Of a DNA stretch of 64,000 nucleotides, positions 54,385 to 64,000 are shown piece after piece. Origin of the DNA: an uncultured virus (IMG/VR IMGVR_UViG_3300021559_000009) (lineage: Duplodnaviria; Heunggongvirae; Uroviricota; Caudoviricetes); the IMG/VR virus record IMGVR_UViG_3300021559_000009, positions 1 to 64,000 of that record; one strand, 5' to 3'. Position numbers and translations under genes: made by a program. Positions within the stretch are counted from its first letter, which is position 1. The number at the start of each line of letters is the position of its first letter. Under the pieces are notes generated by a model. That model saw only the letters and a program-made list of their open reading frames with translations. It ran no database searches and was not told the origin of the DNA.

Positions 54385-57300
54385 CGCTGGCAGTCCGCGA
54401 GGCGCGCTTGCGCTTCGGCTTCAAGCCGGGAGGAAGCTCCTCGTCCTCATCCCTCACCAGCTCGGGCAGCGTTTGCTTCGGCGAAGCAGCTTTCTTGCGG
54501 GGCGTGCGAGCGGACGCGACAAGCCCTTTGGAACGCGCGGTGGGCGGTACCGTGCGCCCCGGCACCGGTATCTTGGTCGAGGTGACTGCCGGCGGCAGGC
54601 CCTCCAGGATGCTTGACGGCAGGCGGCTGCCGTATTCCGACGGGTTGGTCAGGTTCTCCCAACCCTGCTTCTGAGCCTCGGCGCCGCGCGGCAGCACCGT
54701 CGCATCATAAGCGTTGGGAACCACAAAGGAAGCGTCGAATGGCAACGTGGCAGCCGCCGCGATAGTCACCGGGCTGTGCCCCTTGTCAGCCAGGGTTTTG
54801 AGAATCTCGGCGTGCTCCTTGTTGTACTCCTTGAGCGTGTTGACGAGAGGCGTCGCCGCGGTCTTGTCACCAGCTGCTAGCGCCTTTTCGGCTTTTTCGG
54901 CAGTCTCTTCCCACTTTTTTATGTACTTGTTGGCAGCGGACGCCTGCCGCAGCTTCACGGCGTAGGGGATCGCTGCAGAGAGCGAGGTCCCAATCCACGG
55001 GAGCATAGAGTTGAGAACGGGATAACGGTCGCGGAAGGCCGCGGTGCGCGCCTTGTATTCCGCCGCTTCCTTCTCATCGGCCTGGTGCTTGCGCTCAGCC
55101 TTGTCAGCCCAAAACTTAGTACGCTGCTCAGCATTAAAACCACGGTAAAGAGCACGCTCGTCCTCCGGCAGGCTCGAAACCTCGGCCTCAAGCTTGGTTC
55201 TGGCCTCCTCGTCGTGCTTAGCACGTTCTTCCTTCTCGCGCCCCTCCCTCTCTTGCTCGACTTGACGCTCGCGCGTTTCCTTCTCGGTCTGGGCGCGACG
55301 CTCGCCCGCCTCCTTGGCGAACGACTGGAGCAAAGCCGGCCGATCGGCGCGCGGGCTTCGGCGCAAAATTTCCTTCTGCTCCGCCGTCAACCCCTCGTCG
55401 CCCGCCTCAGCCCTTGATGCTGCGAGCGTCGTGCCCGCCCCTGCACCGGCGCCGAGCAACGTCGTCATGAGCTGCCGCACCATCGGCCGTGCAAGCGGCA
55501 TCCCGGCACGCACTGCGGCGCCGCCAACCGGTATGGCCGCCGACATAGCGTGGGCGCCTGCCTCCGATGGATTGTCTGCCTGAATAGATTCCTGGGCGCT
55601 CAGAGCCGCGCCCACGGGCGTGAGATCAAGCGCCGAGATGCCGCTGCCGCCGACACCAGTCGTACCAATGCCGGACGACCCAATCGTCTCGCGTGCCATC
55701 TGACGCGTGTGGTAAGACGCGCTATCGGGCAATATAAAGTTGGCAAGCCGATCACGCCACGTCGGCTCGTAGGCGCGCAATTCCGCATTCTGCGAGGAAA
55801 TGGGCTGCGAAAAAAACCCGCCTGCCTCGCCGGCACGTTCTGACCGGGCGGGAGGAAGCTCCTCCGCCTGGGCCGCCCCTACTGGATTGAAAAACGACGC
55901 GATTTTACCAAAAGAAGACTCGTTGGAAGACCTCTTATCCGCCGGCGTCTTGATGGGTGCCGCGTCCCACGGCATCTTCTCGTCGCCAGTCCCGCCAGCA
56001 GGAACTGTTTCACGTGGAGCACGAGGAGCGCCCGCGTCGCGAGGATCGAACACGCCCTCATAGCGACGCGTTGATTGCTCGCGCATCGTCCTAAACAGTT
56101 CCTGAAGGCGCAGGAGGCGCTTGGCGGTGTTCGCTGTGGTGTCGCCAGCGCTGAGACCAGGGATGATCCGTGCGATCTCGGCTTCTTCGGCCGCCAGCGG
56201 GCGTCCTTTCGATTCGTTGAGAAGCCGTGGACCCCACTCGCGCAACTCGGAAATGTAGCTCGCGAACTGCGCCCGATCGGTCGCGTTCGACCCGAACACG
56301 TTGCCCACCACTTCCGCAGGACGCGTGATCCGCCCGCCGAGGCCCGCAAGCGCGTTGTGCTTCTTGAGCAGCGCCTCGACCTTATCAATCGTTTGATCCG
56401 ACAACTGGAGTCGCTCGATCTGTCCCGCGAGATCGTCCTTGGTCTTGCCCGATATTGCCGCACCCTCAGTCTTAAGCTGCCGCGACACGTCTTCACGAAT
56501 GCGGGCGATGTCCTCCTGGCTCTTGCCTTCCAGCTCACCGCTCTGGCGTTTCTCCTCCATGATCTTGCGTACCGCGTCAGCGCGCTGGCGCTCGTCGGTG
56601 AGGTTGACATTGCCCCCGCTGCCCGCTCCACCAAGATACGGTCGCGTCAGCGCCTCGGTGATCTCCTTGTTCTTGGCGATCAGCTCATCGGCCGTCGGCA
56701 ATCGCCCCTTGCCCTTGATGGTTTCAGCCGCGAACTGGCCCAGCGCCTGCGCGCGCGGGTCGCCCGGCTTCATGTGGAGAAAAAACGCGTTGTTGAACGC
56801 GTCGAGCAGCGCCTGCCCCCTCTGAGTCGGGTCCTGAATGTGCTCCTCAATCGTCTTGGCGTCGCGCTCGAACACCAGCTTCTGGAGTCCGCGCCCCGTC
56901 ATCTCCTGCACGGCCTGCCCGGTCTTGTTGATCGCGTCGGCGCGCTTCTCCATCGCCTCGTACAGCTCGGGGAACATGCCGTGCTCGATGAGCACCATCT
57001 CCTTGCTCATCCCGAACTGAGCTGCCACCATGCGCGCTTTTGCCGCACCCGCCGCCATATCCGTGTCCATCAGACGCAACGCATCGCCCAGGCGCTCGTG
57101 CTCAAGCTGATGGCGCTTGAAAGTGAGGTCGGTGTTCTCCTTCCACGCGTCATGAGCGCGGTTATACGCCTCCTCGTCGCCAGCCCTGACTGCGTTCATA
57201 GCGGCAGCCGAGGCGTTAAGGGCGTTCTCCATCGGGGCGCGCGTGAACGCGCTCGCGAGCATCCCGAACACGCTGCCAAGCGAGCCGAACGCCTGAATCG

Positions 57301-57625
57301 GATCGGTCTGGTACTTCTTGCTCTCAGCGCCCGCGTCCCACTTCTGAAACTCGCCGGGCCCAACACCCTCCGCTTCGTACTGATGCTCGATCCGCGCGCG
57401 ATCACGTTCCATGCGCGCCTCGGTCTGCGCATCCACGTCGAGCAAGTGCTTGAACGTGCCGCGCTGAGCCTGCGTGTAATCTTCCTTCAATCCCGGCGGC
57501 AAACCGTCGTCGTCAGAAACTGGTAAAGCTCCGCCCGTACCACCAAGCGGGATGCGCGCACCCGTCATGTTTTGCGGTTGCTTGCCATCCAAAAGGTCGT
57601 TGCCAACAAAGGCAGAATCAGTCAT
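54377..57625 (-). CDS. internal virion (ejection) protein
   Basis: 1082 aa, helical and charged; position. Confidence 0.68.
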   Translation of the reverse strand: MTDSAFVGNDLLDGKQPQNMTGARIPLGGTGGALPVSDDDGLPPGLKEDYTQAQRGTFKHLLDVDAQTEARMERDRARIEHQYEAEGVGPGEFQKWDAGAESKKYQTDPIQAFGSLGSVFGMLASAFTRAPMENALNASAAAMNAVRAGDEEAYNRAHDAWKENTDLTFKRHQLEHERLGDALRLMDTDMAAGAAKARMVAAQFGMSKEMVLIEHGMFPELYEAMEKRADAINKTGQAVQEMTGRGLQKLVFERDAKTIEEHIQDPTQRGQALLDAFNNAFFLHMKPGDPRAQALGQFAAETIKGKGRLPTADELIAKNKEITEALTRPYLGGAGSGGNVNLTDERQRADAVRKIMEEKRQSGELEGKSQEDIARIREDVSRQLKTEGAAISGKTKDDLAGQIERLQLSDQTIDKVEALLKKHNALAGLGGRITRPAEVVGNVFGSNATDRAQFASYISELREWGPRLLNESKGRPLAAEEAEIARIIPGLSAGDTTANTAKRLLRLQELFRTMREQSTRRYEGVFDPRDAGAPRAPRETVPAGGTGDEKMPWDAAPIKTPADKRSSNESSFGKIASFFNPVGAAQAEELPPARSERAGEAGGFFSQPISSQNAELRAYEPTWRDRLANFILPDSASYHTRQMARETIGSSGIGTTGVGGSGISALDLTPVGAALSAQESIQADNPSEAGAHAMSAAIPVGGAAVRAGMPLARPMVRQLMTTLLGAGAGAGTTLAASRAEAGDEGLTAEQKEILRRSPRADRPALLQSFAKEAGERRAQTEKETRERQVEQEREGREKEERAKHDEEARTKLEAEVSSLPEDERALYRGFNAEQRTKFWADKAERKHQADEKEAAEYKARTAAFRDRYPVLNSMLPWIGTSLSAAIPYAVKLRQASAANKYIKKWEETAEKAEKALAAGDKTAATPLVNTLKEYNKEHAEILKTLADKGHSPVTIAAAATLPFDASFVVPNAYDATVLPRGAEAQKQGWENLTNPSEYGSRLPSSILEGLPPAVTSTKIPVPGRTVPPTARSKGLVASARTPRKKAASPKQTLPELVRDEDEELPPGLKPKRKRASRTASDE

Positions 57626-57626
57626 T

Positions 57627-58580
57627 TCACGCCGCCATCCTCGTCATCGGCCCCGACAGCGCGCCCGCGAAATTAGCAATGGCTTTCCCCATATTCGCGG
57701 TCTGCTGCTGGTCAATCTGCATTAGTTTATCGAGTATCTGGCTCGATAGCTGCACCTCGTTCGCACCAGCCTGGAACAACTGCTCGCCCTCCTGCGCCAC
57801 CGCAATCAACGCGTTGCGGTCAGCCGACGCCAAGTCCTGCGCCAGCGCGCTGTTCTGCGTCGGATCGGTCGAGAGCCCGTTGCGCGCCGCGTTGGCGATA
57901 ATCTGCGCCTTGGCAGCCTGGGTCGCGCGATCGACCGCCGCCTGCAACCCCGCCGGCAAAGTGCCGGTCTGCAGGTAGCTCATAAACTGCTGCCCCTGCG
58001 CGCTAAGCTGGTTCGCCTGCCCCTGGAGCTGATTCTGCTCGGGCAGTTTCTTCTGCCCTTGCATCATGTTATAGATGAGCCCGCCGGTACCGGCAGCGAC
58101 GCCCAGCGGATTCTTGAGAATCTGATTACCGATCGCGCCAGGAATCCCCTCGACACCACCGATCAGCTTGCTGATGAAGCTATCGCCCCCACCCGTCGCG
58201 GCGCCAAGATCGAGACCGGGCGTACCGGGGCGAGGAATTGGCAGCGGCACATCGCCCGACGCAGCGTCGGCAAAAGAAAGCACGTTGCCCCCACCCCCAC
58301 CACTCCCGATCAGATCGGTAATCGCGCCGCCGGCATCACCAGTCGCAGCTCCTCCCTCCGCCGCGAAGGGCAACGCACCACCAGCGGCTTCGGCTCCACC
58401 AAAACCGAGCGCACTACCCGCCCCAGCGGCCAACCCAGGCAAGGCAGCAAGCGCAAAAGGCGCCGCGACCGCTGCAGTTCCTTCCAGCGTCTGCGCCAGC
58501 TCATTCGGCCGGAACATGCCGCTGATATCATTGCCGAGATTCGAGGTCTTGCCTTCAAACAAATCGCTAAAAAAGGAGAT
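57627..58580 (-). CDS. pilot/ejection protein, probable ATC start
   Basis: Gly/Ala-rich then Gln-rich; AGGAGG 5 nt before an in-frame ATC giving (M)SFFSDLFEGK. Confidence 0.65.
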   Translation of the reverse strand: MSFFSDLFEGKTSNLGNDISGMFRPNELAQTLEGTAAVAAPFALAALPGLAAGAGSALGFGGAEAAGGALPFAAEGGAATGDAGGAITDLIGSGGGGGNVLSFADAASGDVPLPIPRPGTPGLDLGAATGGGDSFISKLIGGVEGIPGAIGNQILKNPLGVAAGTGGLIYNMMQGQKKLPEQNQLQGQANQLSAQGQQFMSYLQTGTLPAGLQAAVDRATQAAKAQIIANAARNGLSTDPTQNSALAQDLASADRNALIAVAQEGEQLFQAGANEVQLSSQILDKLMQIDQQQTANMGKAIANFAGALSGPMTRMAA

Positions 58581-58592
58581 GGCAGCCTCCTA

Positions 58593-59054
58593 TCATAACC
58601 TCGCGAACACAACCTGCCGCGTGAACAGCCGCCCCATGCGCTCCTTGATCATGTCGTGCGGCACATCGCTCATGGCCTCAACCATCACAGCATCGACGCC
58701 CTGGTTCTTTCCCCACCTCACGAACTCGTCGTAGAAAGCGACGGCCTCGCGATCGTGCCCCTCCTTAACGAACACGAACATCTCCTGCACAACGGGCTTC
58801 ATCTCCAGCGGGTGCGCGCGCGTGACCGTCGCAAGCGCCACACCGTGCTCCTGGTAGAGGAACAAAAACTCGTTCGAGTAGATGATCCCGCGCAGCCAGC
58901 CCGCGAGATCGCGCGCGGTGCGATGCGGATACGCCTTGAGCAGACGGTCCGTGATCCAGCCTCCGTGGCGGTCGAGATCAGGCACCTCGAACCGGCGCAT
59001 CGCAATTTGCTCTCGCACCACCTCGCGCTTTGCAATTTCAGCTGTTACGGCCAT
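58593..59054 (-). CDS. GNAT-fold-like tail-region protein
   Basis: QEMFVFVK...FVRWGKNQGVDAV; typical position before ejection genes. Confidence 0.55.
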   Translation of the reverse strand: MAVTAEIAKREVVREQIAMRRFEVPDLDRHGGWITDRLLKAYPHRTARDLAGWLRGIIYSNEFLFLYQEHGVALATVTRAHPLEMKPVVQEMFVFVKEGHDREAVAFYDEFVRWGKNQGVDAVMVEAMSDVPHDMIKERMGRLFTRQVVFARL

Positions 59055-59223
59055 ACGCGCCTCATTGCCCCAATATAAACTTCGCTTGCCGCATGTACGC
59101 AGCCTGCACTTGCGCCGGCTGTGCCGCACATACCGACTGCTGATCCGCCGGTTTTGCCAACGCGATATTGTTTTCCAGGATGCAAAGCATCAACGCTAGT
59201 TGCACTACCGTCATTTCCAACCC

Positions 59224-59559
59224 TCACAGATTAAGAAGCGTCCTCGCCCTGTCGTGGTTGTCGCCGTTGTCATTCATCCAGCGTATCACGTCCTGCGGGT
59301 CGCGCCAATCGATCGAGAGCAAGTCGTAGCCCTGGATGCCCAGCGCGTTGTTCATCTGGTCGTGCATCGCCTGGTGACGATAAAGCCACGAGGAGTCGTC
59401 GCGCCGGAACGGGTCAAGCACGTACTCAACGACCCTGATTCCCAGCGTCTGCAAGACCACCCGGTCAATGTCGCGATGGTCGGCGGCGTGCGCAAAGGAC
59501 CAGCGAGTAAAATCGTCCTCCGTCCACCCTTCCTCGGTGAGCTGGTCAATGTTAGGCAT
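59224..59559 (-). CDS. hypothetical tail-region protein
   Basis: His-rich HAADH...HQAMH; coupled ORF. Confidence 0.65.
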   Translation of the reverse strand: MPNIDQLTEEGWTEDDFTRWSFAHAADHRDIDRVVLQTLGIRVVEYVLDPFRRDDSSWLYRHQAMHDQMNNALGIQGYDLLSIDWRDPQDVIRWMNDNGDNHDRARTLLNL

Positions 59560-61859
59560 CAGCCACGATACCCCACCACGTCCTCGCCCAGCATAATCGA
59601 CACCAACGACGCATCCGCCGCATTAGTCTTCCACGTCATCCCGGTCAGCTCGCCCACCTGCCCCACCGCTTGCGGCGGCACCACAAAGTAGCCAGTCGCG
59701 GCCGGACCGGCAATCGTGTAGGTCGCCGAGTTAGCTGGCGCCTGCTGGTCCACGATCGCAGTCAAATTAGGGGAAACAACGCTATCGTACTTGGCAAGAC
59801 CCCACAGGCGCGTCGCGGCTTTCTTGAACAAGAAACCACCGGGCGCCTCCCACAATTTGGTCTGCACCGTCTTCTGGAAGCCCGACGAGGGGACCGCGAA
59901 CAGCGGCTTGATCGTGATGCCGTCGGTCCCGTAGGTCGTGATCTGCGACTGGATTTCCTGATGCTTCACGTAGGTCAGCGTCATACTTTGCTGCGACGCG
60001 AACCACTCCTTCTCGTGGTAAAGAAACAGCTTGTTTACGGTCGCGCCCGACACCGGATCCACGATCGCCGCCAGCACCACAATCGCCTTCTTGGAACCGA
60101 AGATCGTCGCCTGCGCAGCCGACGGCTGCATGCCAAAGTTGTAGCCGTTCGCCAGCGTCGCAACCGTGTTCCACACGCCATCCAGCTCGTGGCTGATCTT
60201 CTCGACGTTGCCGCCACGAATAACGTGCACGCCAAAGGCGTTCGCAAACAGCACGTCGCGCCCAAAACTTTCTACCGACGCCGGGAACGGCGTGCCGGTC
60301 TGCGTGTCGGCATTGAGGTTCGAGAAGGTCGTGGTCGGCGGCGTCCCCGTCGTCTGCACACCGCTGATGTAATTGACCGATGAGTCGCCGATCGCCCACA
60401 AGTAAGCGTTCGCCTGGATGAACTTGGAGTAATTGACGCGCAAGACCGAGTCGGCCGACGTGGTGTTGCCCCCACCATCCGAGGTCGCGAAGTCAGTGAG
60501 TGAACCGGGAGCGCTCCAGTAATAGGTCGCCCCATTCGCGACCCACGCATGCCCCTGGTAGATCTCGACCGTCGTCCCCTGGATCGCAAAAGGCATGAGC
60601 GAGATAGTTGCGGTTGCCTGGACCGCTGCGTCATTTATCGCAAGCGTAGGAGGCGTATTGGTACCATAAAGACCGGCCCCGACAATAGTTACGCCTGTAA
60701 TGACGCCGCCGGAGATCACCGGCTGCAACGTCGCCTGCGCAACCGGCGAGCCACCGCCCGACGCCGTGATCTTGGTCGAGGGCGAGTAGCCCGTACCAGT
60801 CGGCGTCCCGGTGACGCTACTGACATAAAATCCTGCACCGTTATCCGTGACCGTCACAGTTGGTGGCGTAGAAGACGTGTATTCGTTATGTCCACTAAAA
60901 CCGTTAGGAACAGGAACCGCACCTGTTATAATACCTCCCACTATCGTCAACTGTACAGCAGGAACGCTTCCTGGGTTATTAAAAGGATTTCCGCCAGAGA
61001 GAGAAGCCGTGGTATTACTGCTGTATCCACTCCCGCCGTTGTTCACCGTAATGCTACTAACAAAGAAAATACCGCCGCCACGGGCTGTCATAACAGCCGT
61101 CAACACGGCGCCAGACCCACCCGCTTGATGACTTAGCACCGCCGTGAGAGACGCTCCAGTGCCAGTCGAAGCTCCTCCAGTCAGCGTGAGCGTCGGCGTA
61201 TCGCCAGCAATATATCCAGTTCCCGGATTGAGCACCGTGATGCCGGTAACCTGCCCATTGCTGACAGTCGCCGCGAATGTCGCCCCCGTACCATGACCGC
61301 CCGAAATGACGACTGCGGGCGGCGTCTGATAAGCCGCTCCAGCATTAGTCACCACAACCAGCGGCGATAACCCGCCCGCCCCAAACGTCGTCGTGCCATC
61401 CCAAAGCCAATATCCGTTCGTCTGGTTGGAAACGGTAATGAGGTATTGCTGCCCCCACTGCGTGATCCCCTGGTTGAGTACCGACGGATTGATAATCGAA
61501 CCGGCCGTTAATATCGTCGTGACCGCAAGCGTCGTCGTGTTGACCACGACCACCGAACCGTCGGACATAAACACAACGCAGTAGGGCGTCACTCCGATGT
61601 TGAAAAAATCGAAGAATACGATCGTCAGGGAATCGGTACGCGTGAAGATCGCACTGCCCACATCCCACAGAGTACGAAGTTGCCGCGGCCCGACCCGGAT
61701 AAAACCGTCTATCCAGTAGCACTTCTCGTCCGGCACGCCGGTCCGGCCGCCCGACGTATCAAGTCCCATCCACTGGTCGTGGATAAGAGGTTGCGGTCCC
61801 GCGGGGAGATACGGGTTAGCCTGCTCTTGGGCTGCTTGCTCGGGCTGTTCGAGAGACAT
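59559..61859 (-). CDS. tail nozzle / DNA stabilisation protein with inserted repeat domains
   Basis: Beta-propeller-like body interrupted by several GxGYxxxPT(V/L)T repeats. Confidence 0.7.
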   Translation of the reverse strand: MSLEQPEQAAQEQANPYLPAGPQPLIHDQWMGLDTSGGRTGVPDEKCYWIDGFIRVGPRQLRTLWDVGSAIFTRTDSLTIVFFDFFNIGVTPYCVVFMSDGSVVVVNTTTLAVTTILTAGSIINPSVLNQGITQWGQQYLITVSNQTNGYWLWDGTTTFGAGGLSPLVVVTNAGAAYQTPPAVVISGGHGTGATFAATVSNGQVTGITVLNPGTGYIAGDTPTLTLTGGASTGTGASLTAVLSHQAGGSGAVLTAVMTARGGGIFFVSSITVNNGGSGYSSNTTASLSGGNPFNNPGSVPAVQLTIVGGIITGAVPVPNGFSGHNEYTSSTPPTVTVTDNGAGFYVSSVTGTPTGTGYSPSTKITASGGGSPVAQATLQPVISGGVITGVTIVGAGLYGTNTPPTLAINDAAVQATATISLMPFAIQGTTVEIYQGHAWVANGATYYWSAPGSLTDFATSDGGGNTTSADSVLRVNYSKFIQANAYLWAIGDSSVNYISGVQTTGTPPTTTFSNLNADTQTGTPFPASVESFGRDVLFANAFGVHVIRGGNVEKISHELDGVWNTVATLANGYNFGMQPSAAQATIFGSKKAIVVLAAIVDPVSGATVNKLFLYHEKEWFASQQSMTLTYVKHQEIQSQITTYGTDGITIKPLFAVPSSGFQKTVQTKLWEAPGGFLFKKAATRLWGLAKYDSVVSPNLTAIVDQQAPANSATYTIAGPAATGYFVVPPQAVGQVGELTGMTWKTNAADASLVSIMLGEDVVGYRG

Positions 61860-62048
61860 TTAGTAAGTCCAAGTCCAATGCACTTTCGAACGCCTGACCA
61901 TCCAATTTCCAACTAAATACATTACTCGCCGCCAACGTGGATACGAATACCAGCGAGCCAAAGACTCTTGATTAAGCCGAACGTTCAAATCGCGAAACCG
62001 CTGAAACATAGGGTCTTGCCCCTTTGCGTGCTCGCCAAAAGAACCCAT
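61860..62048 (-). CDS. small hypothetical protein
   Basis: GGAG SD. Confidence 0.4.
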   Translation of the reverse strand: MGSFGEHAKGQDPMFQRFRDLNVRLNQESLARWYSYPRWRRVMYLVGNWMVRRSKVHWTWTY

Positions 62049-62049
62049 A

Positions 62050-62979
62050 TTAGATTCTCCCGTATCGATTGGGCGCGCGCCCAACCCGCGCATAGTTGCT
62101 GTAGCGCAGCAAATGCATGTCAAACAGTTCGAGGTAGAACTTAGCAGCATTGTAATTTTGAAGGTCGAGGTAGCACAAATGTGCAGTGAAATACTTCACT
62201 GCCTCGCTCCAAGGATCAGGGAGAATCTCGACGCTCAAGTCGGTCTTCAGGTCTTGCGGCAAGCACAGACAATCCATCTCGTACTGATACGCTTGCGACG
62301 GCAACGGATAGACAAACAAGCTTCCCGCCGTCCCCTGACCAAATTGAGCAGCGAACGCTGGCACATACTGGTATTGAAACGGGTACTGGCGAATCATCGC
62401 CTGATAGTCGGAGAACGCCGCAACGTAGAGCGTGTAGCGATAATTCGCGTAAATCACCGACACCGTGCGCGCATAATAGATCGCCCCCACACCGGGGAAC
62501 GCGCTGAGATCGATGTCAGCGTAATTGTAAACCTCCAATCCCTGACTAAACTGCGTAGTCGCCGAGAGCACCGGCGTCGCCGCCGCCCCAGTTCCCCCGC
62601 CGCCCGAGAACGATATCTGCGGCTGGAAGTAGCCATAGCCGCCGTAGTTGATGTCCACCGTCGAGACCTTCCCGCCGCTGATCAGAGCCTGCGCAGTCGC
62701 CTGGCTGCCGTTAGGAAACGCCCCCATGCCCGACGGAAAATCCGGCGCCGTGATCGTGACCGTAGGGGGACTGGTGTAACCCGACCCGCCGGCCGTCACG
62801 CTCGCCGACATGATCGAGCCCGAAATCGGCGTGAGCACGCGCACGCACTGCGCGCGCATCGCCACCTCGCGGCGCGCGGTGTTGACGTGGGCGATCATAT
62901 CAAGCGGGTTGATCGACTCTTGACGTGCGTCGCGCAGGAGGCGAGTGGTGTCCTTTAAATACTGATTCAGCGACGCCAT
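62050..62979 (-). CDS. head-tail adaptor-like protein with inserted GSGYTSPPTVT domain
   Basis: LNQYLKDTTRLL...VNTARREVA...LFVYPLPSQAY...CLPQDL...AVKYFTAHL. Confidence 0.65.
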   Translation of the reverse strand: MASLNQYLKDTTRLLRDARQESINPLDMIAHVNTARREVAMRAQCVRVLTPISGSIMSASVTAGGSGYTSPPTVTITAPDFPSGMGAFPNGSQATAQALISGGKVSTVDINYGGYGYFQPQISFSGGGGTGAAATPVLSATTQFSQGLEVYNYADIDLSAFPGVGAIYYARTVSVIYANYRYTLYVAAFSDYQAMIRQYPFQYQYVPAFAAQFGQGTAGSLFVYPLPSQAYQYEMDCLCLPQDLKTDLSVEILPDPWSEAVKYFTAHLCYLDLQNYNAAKFYLELFDMHLLRYSNYARVGRAPNRYGRI

Positions 62980-63728
62980 CAGCCCGTCGCCTTCTGCAGA
63001 CCGAGCTTGCTCGTAAGCGTCGGATCAAGCGCTTGTTCGTACTGAGAGCGCAGCACCGATGGGTTCGCAAATTGTCGCGCGCGCCCCATGAACGTCTTGT
63101 ACTGCCCGAATAAACGCTCGGCATCCGCAATCCGCGCATTCGTCTGCGCCGACATGAGCGCAAGATACGCAGCAAAGAACGGTGCAGCGTCAGTCCATAA
63201 AAATGGAATTGCCTCCACGTCGCCGTCGGCCGCTAGCTTCTGCGGGTAGCAAACGCAATCGCAGCTGAGCACATAGACCAGGTCGGGGGGCGGGTCGAGG
63301 TAGAAGCTCCCCGACGCGCCGCTCCCCGTGCTCTGCCCGCTTGAACCCTGAGCGAATTGACTCCACTCGACCGGCGAACCCGCCTGCGGCTCCGGGTTGT
63401 TCAGCGAGAACAGCTCAAACCACGGCCACGCTCGCGACTCAACGCGCTGAAAACCGTCGCCGACCGCGTAGCGCACCGACCGGACGTGAATCACGCCCTG
63501 CACGCCCGTCGTCGCCGCGACCCCGACGTTGATGGACGAGAAGTTGTAGGCGCGCTGCCCGATAACGGTCGGAATCGTGCCAATGGCGCGGATACATTCA
63601 CCCTCACCGGCGAGCTGCCCGCGCGCCGTATTGATCCACCCCGTGAGGTCAGACGTAGCGTAGAGTGGCGATGGCGCTGCCGGGTTCTGGAGAAGCTGCT
63701 GGGTTTGAAGGAGATATTGATTGAGCAC
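62979..63728 (-). CDS. head-tail adaptor-like protein (paralogue)
   Basis: LNQYLLQTQQLL...INTARGQLA...FYLDPPPD...CYPQKL...AAPFFAAYL. Confidence 0.68.
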   Translation of the reverse strand: MLNQYLLQTQQLLQNPAAPSPLYATSDLTGWINTARGQLAGEGECIRAIGTIPTVIGQRAYNFSSINVGVAATTGVQGVIHVRSVRYAVGDGFQRVESRAWPWFELFSLNNPEPQAGSPVEWSQFAQGSSGQSTGSGASGSFYLDPPPDLVYVLSCDCVCYPQKLAADGDVEAIPFLWTDAAPFFAAYLALMSAQTNARIADAERLFGQYKTFMGRARQFANPSVLRSQYEQALDPTLTSKLGLQKATG

Positions 63729-63746
63729 CGGCAGTCCTCCCGCCGG

Positions 63747-63971
63747 TCACACACGCCTCAAAACCGGGTTGGCAGGTGTCGATCGTCCAGCGTCCAGCAC
63801 ATAATACGCCTGCGATCCATCGGGGTTCAAGCACAGCAGCGGCGTATGAAGCTGCTGCGCCCGCGCCATGGCCCCCGGCGTCGCGCCCGAGTCGGGCAGC
63901 GTATGCACTTTTTGCGCAAACTTCTGTCCGATACCGGCGCCCGTGACCGCAAGGCTATAGGTCTCAGCCAC
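63747..63971 (-). CDS. hypothetical structural-region protein
   Basis: 74-aa ORF in the minus-strand operon. Confidence 0.55.
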   Translation of the reverse strand: MAETYSLAVTGAGIGQKFAQKVHTLPDSGATPGAMARAQQLHTPLLCLNPDGSQAYYVLDAGRSTPANPVLRRV

Positions 63972-64000
63972 GTTACGCCGCCGGCTGGATGATGCACACG

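Noticed and set aside
56075..57526. 483-aa plus-strand ORF
   Set aside because: Antisense shadow of the ejection protein gene.
1..64000. tRNA/tmRNA genes, introns, inteins
   Set aside because: No T-loop/acceptor patterns or intein motifs were recognised by eye, and polymerase and terminase lengths are unremarkable. A tRNAscan or Infernal run could still find something.

Overview
The window is almost entirely one GC-rich tailed phage or prophage genome with podovirus-like gene content. The host is probably an Alphaproteobacterium, but that is inference. It looks circularly permuted, with the major capsid gene falling just outside the window between position 64000 and position 1. Modules in order: (1) head and packaging genes on the minus strand (scaffold-like, portal, large terminase; 1-6.2 kb). 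(2) An accessory block (6.3-18 kb) with a KTSC protein, a 53-aa HiPIP-like protein missed by the ORF track, three tandem paralogues, a glycosylation cluster (TPR-glycosyltransferase, NAD epimerase, GT-A, STELLO/RGP-like), a serine recombinase, a J-domain protein and an exonuclease. (3) An early region of repeated promoter-ORF-terminator cassettes (18.8-20.7 kb), a likely origin, and a primase-polymerase/helicase. (4) A plus-strand replication module (PolA, PD-(D/E)XK nuclease, VRR-NUC, truncated methylase, SNF2 helicase; 23.6-34.3 kb) ending in an IS1-like remnant. (5) A lysis region containing a candidate structured ncRNA and a TM-DPBB-CHAP fusion lysin. (6) A fibre/spike region (38.7-50.8 kb) in which eight proteins carry Sec-type signal peptides. 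(7) Ejection-protein, nozzle and adaptor genes. The most striking signal is the block of apparently secreted virion appendage proteins, possibly linked to the phage-encoded glycosylation cluster. All functional calls come from motifs recognised by eye; no database searches were run.
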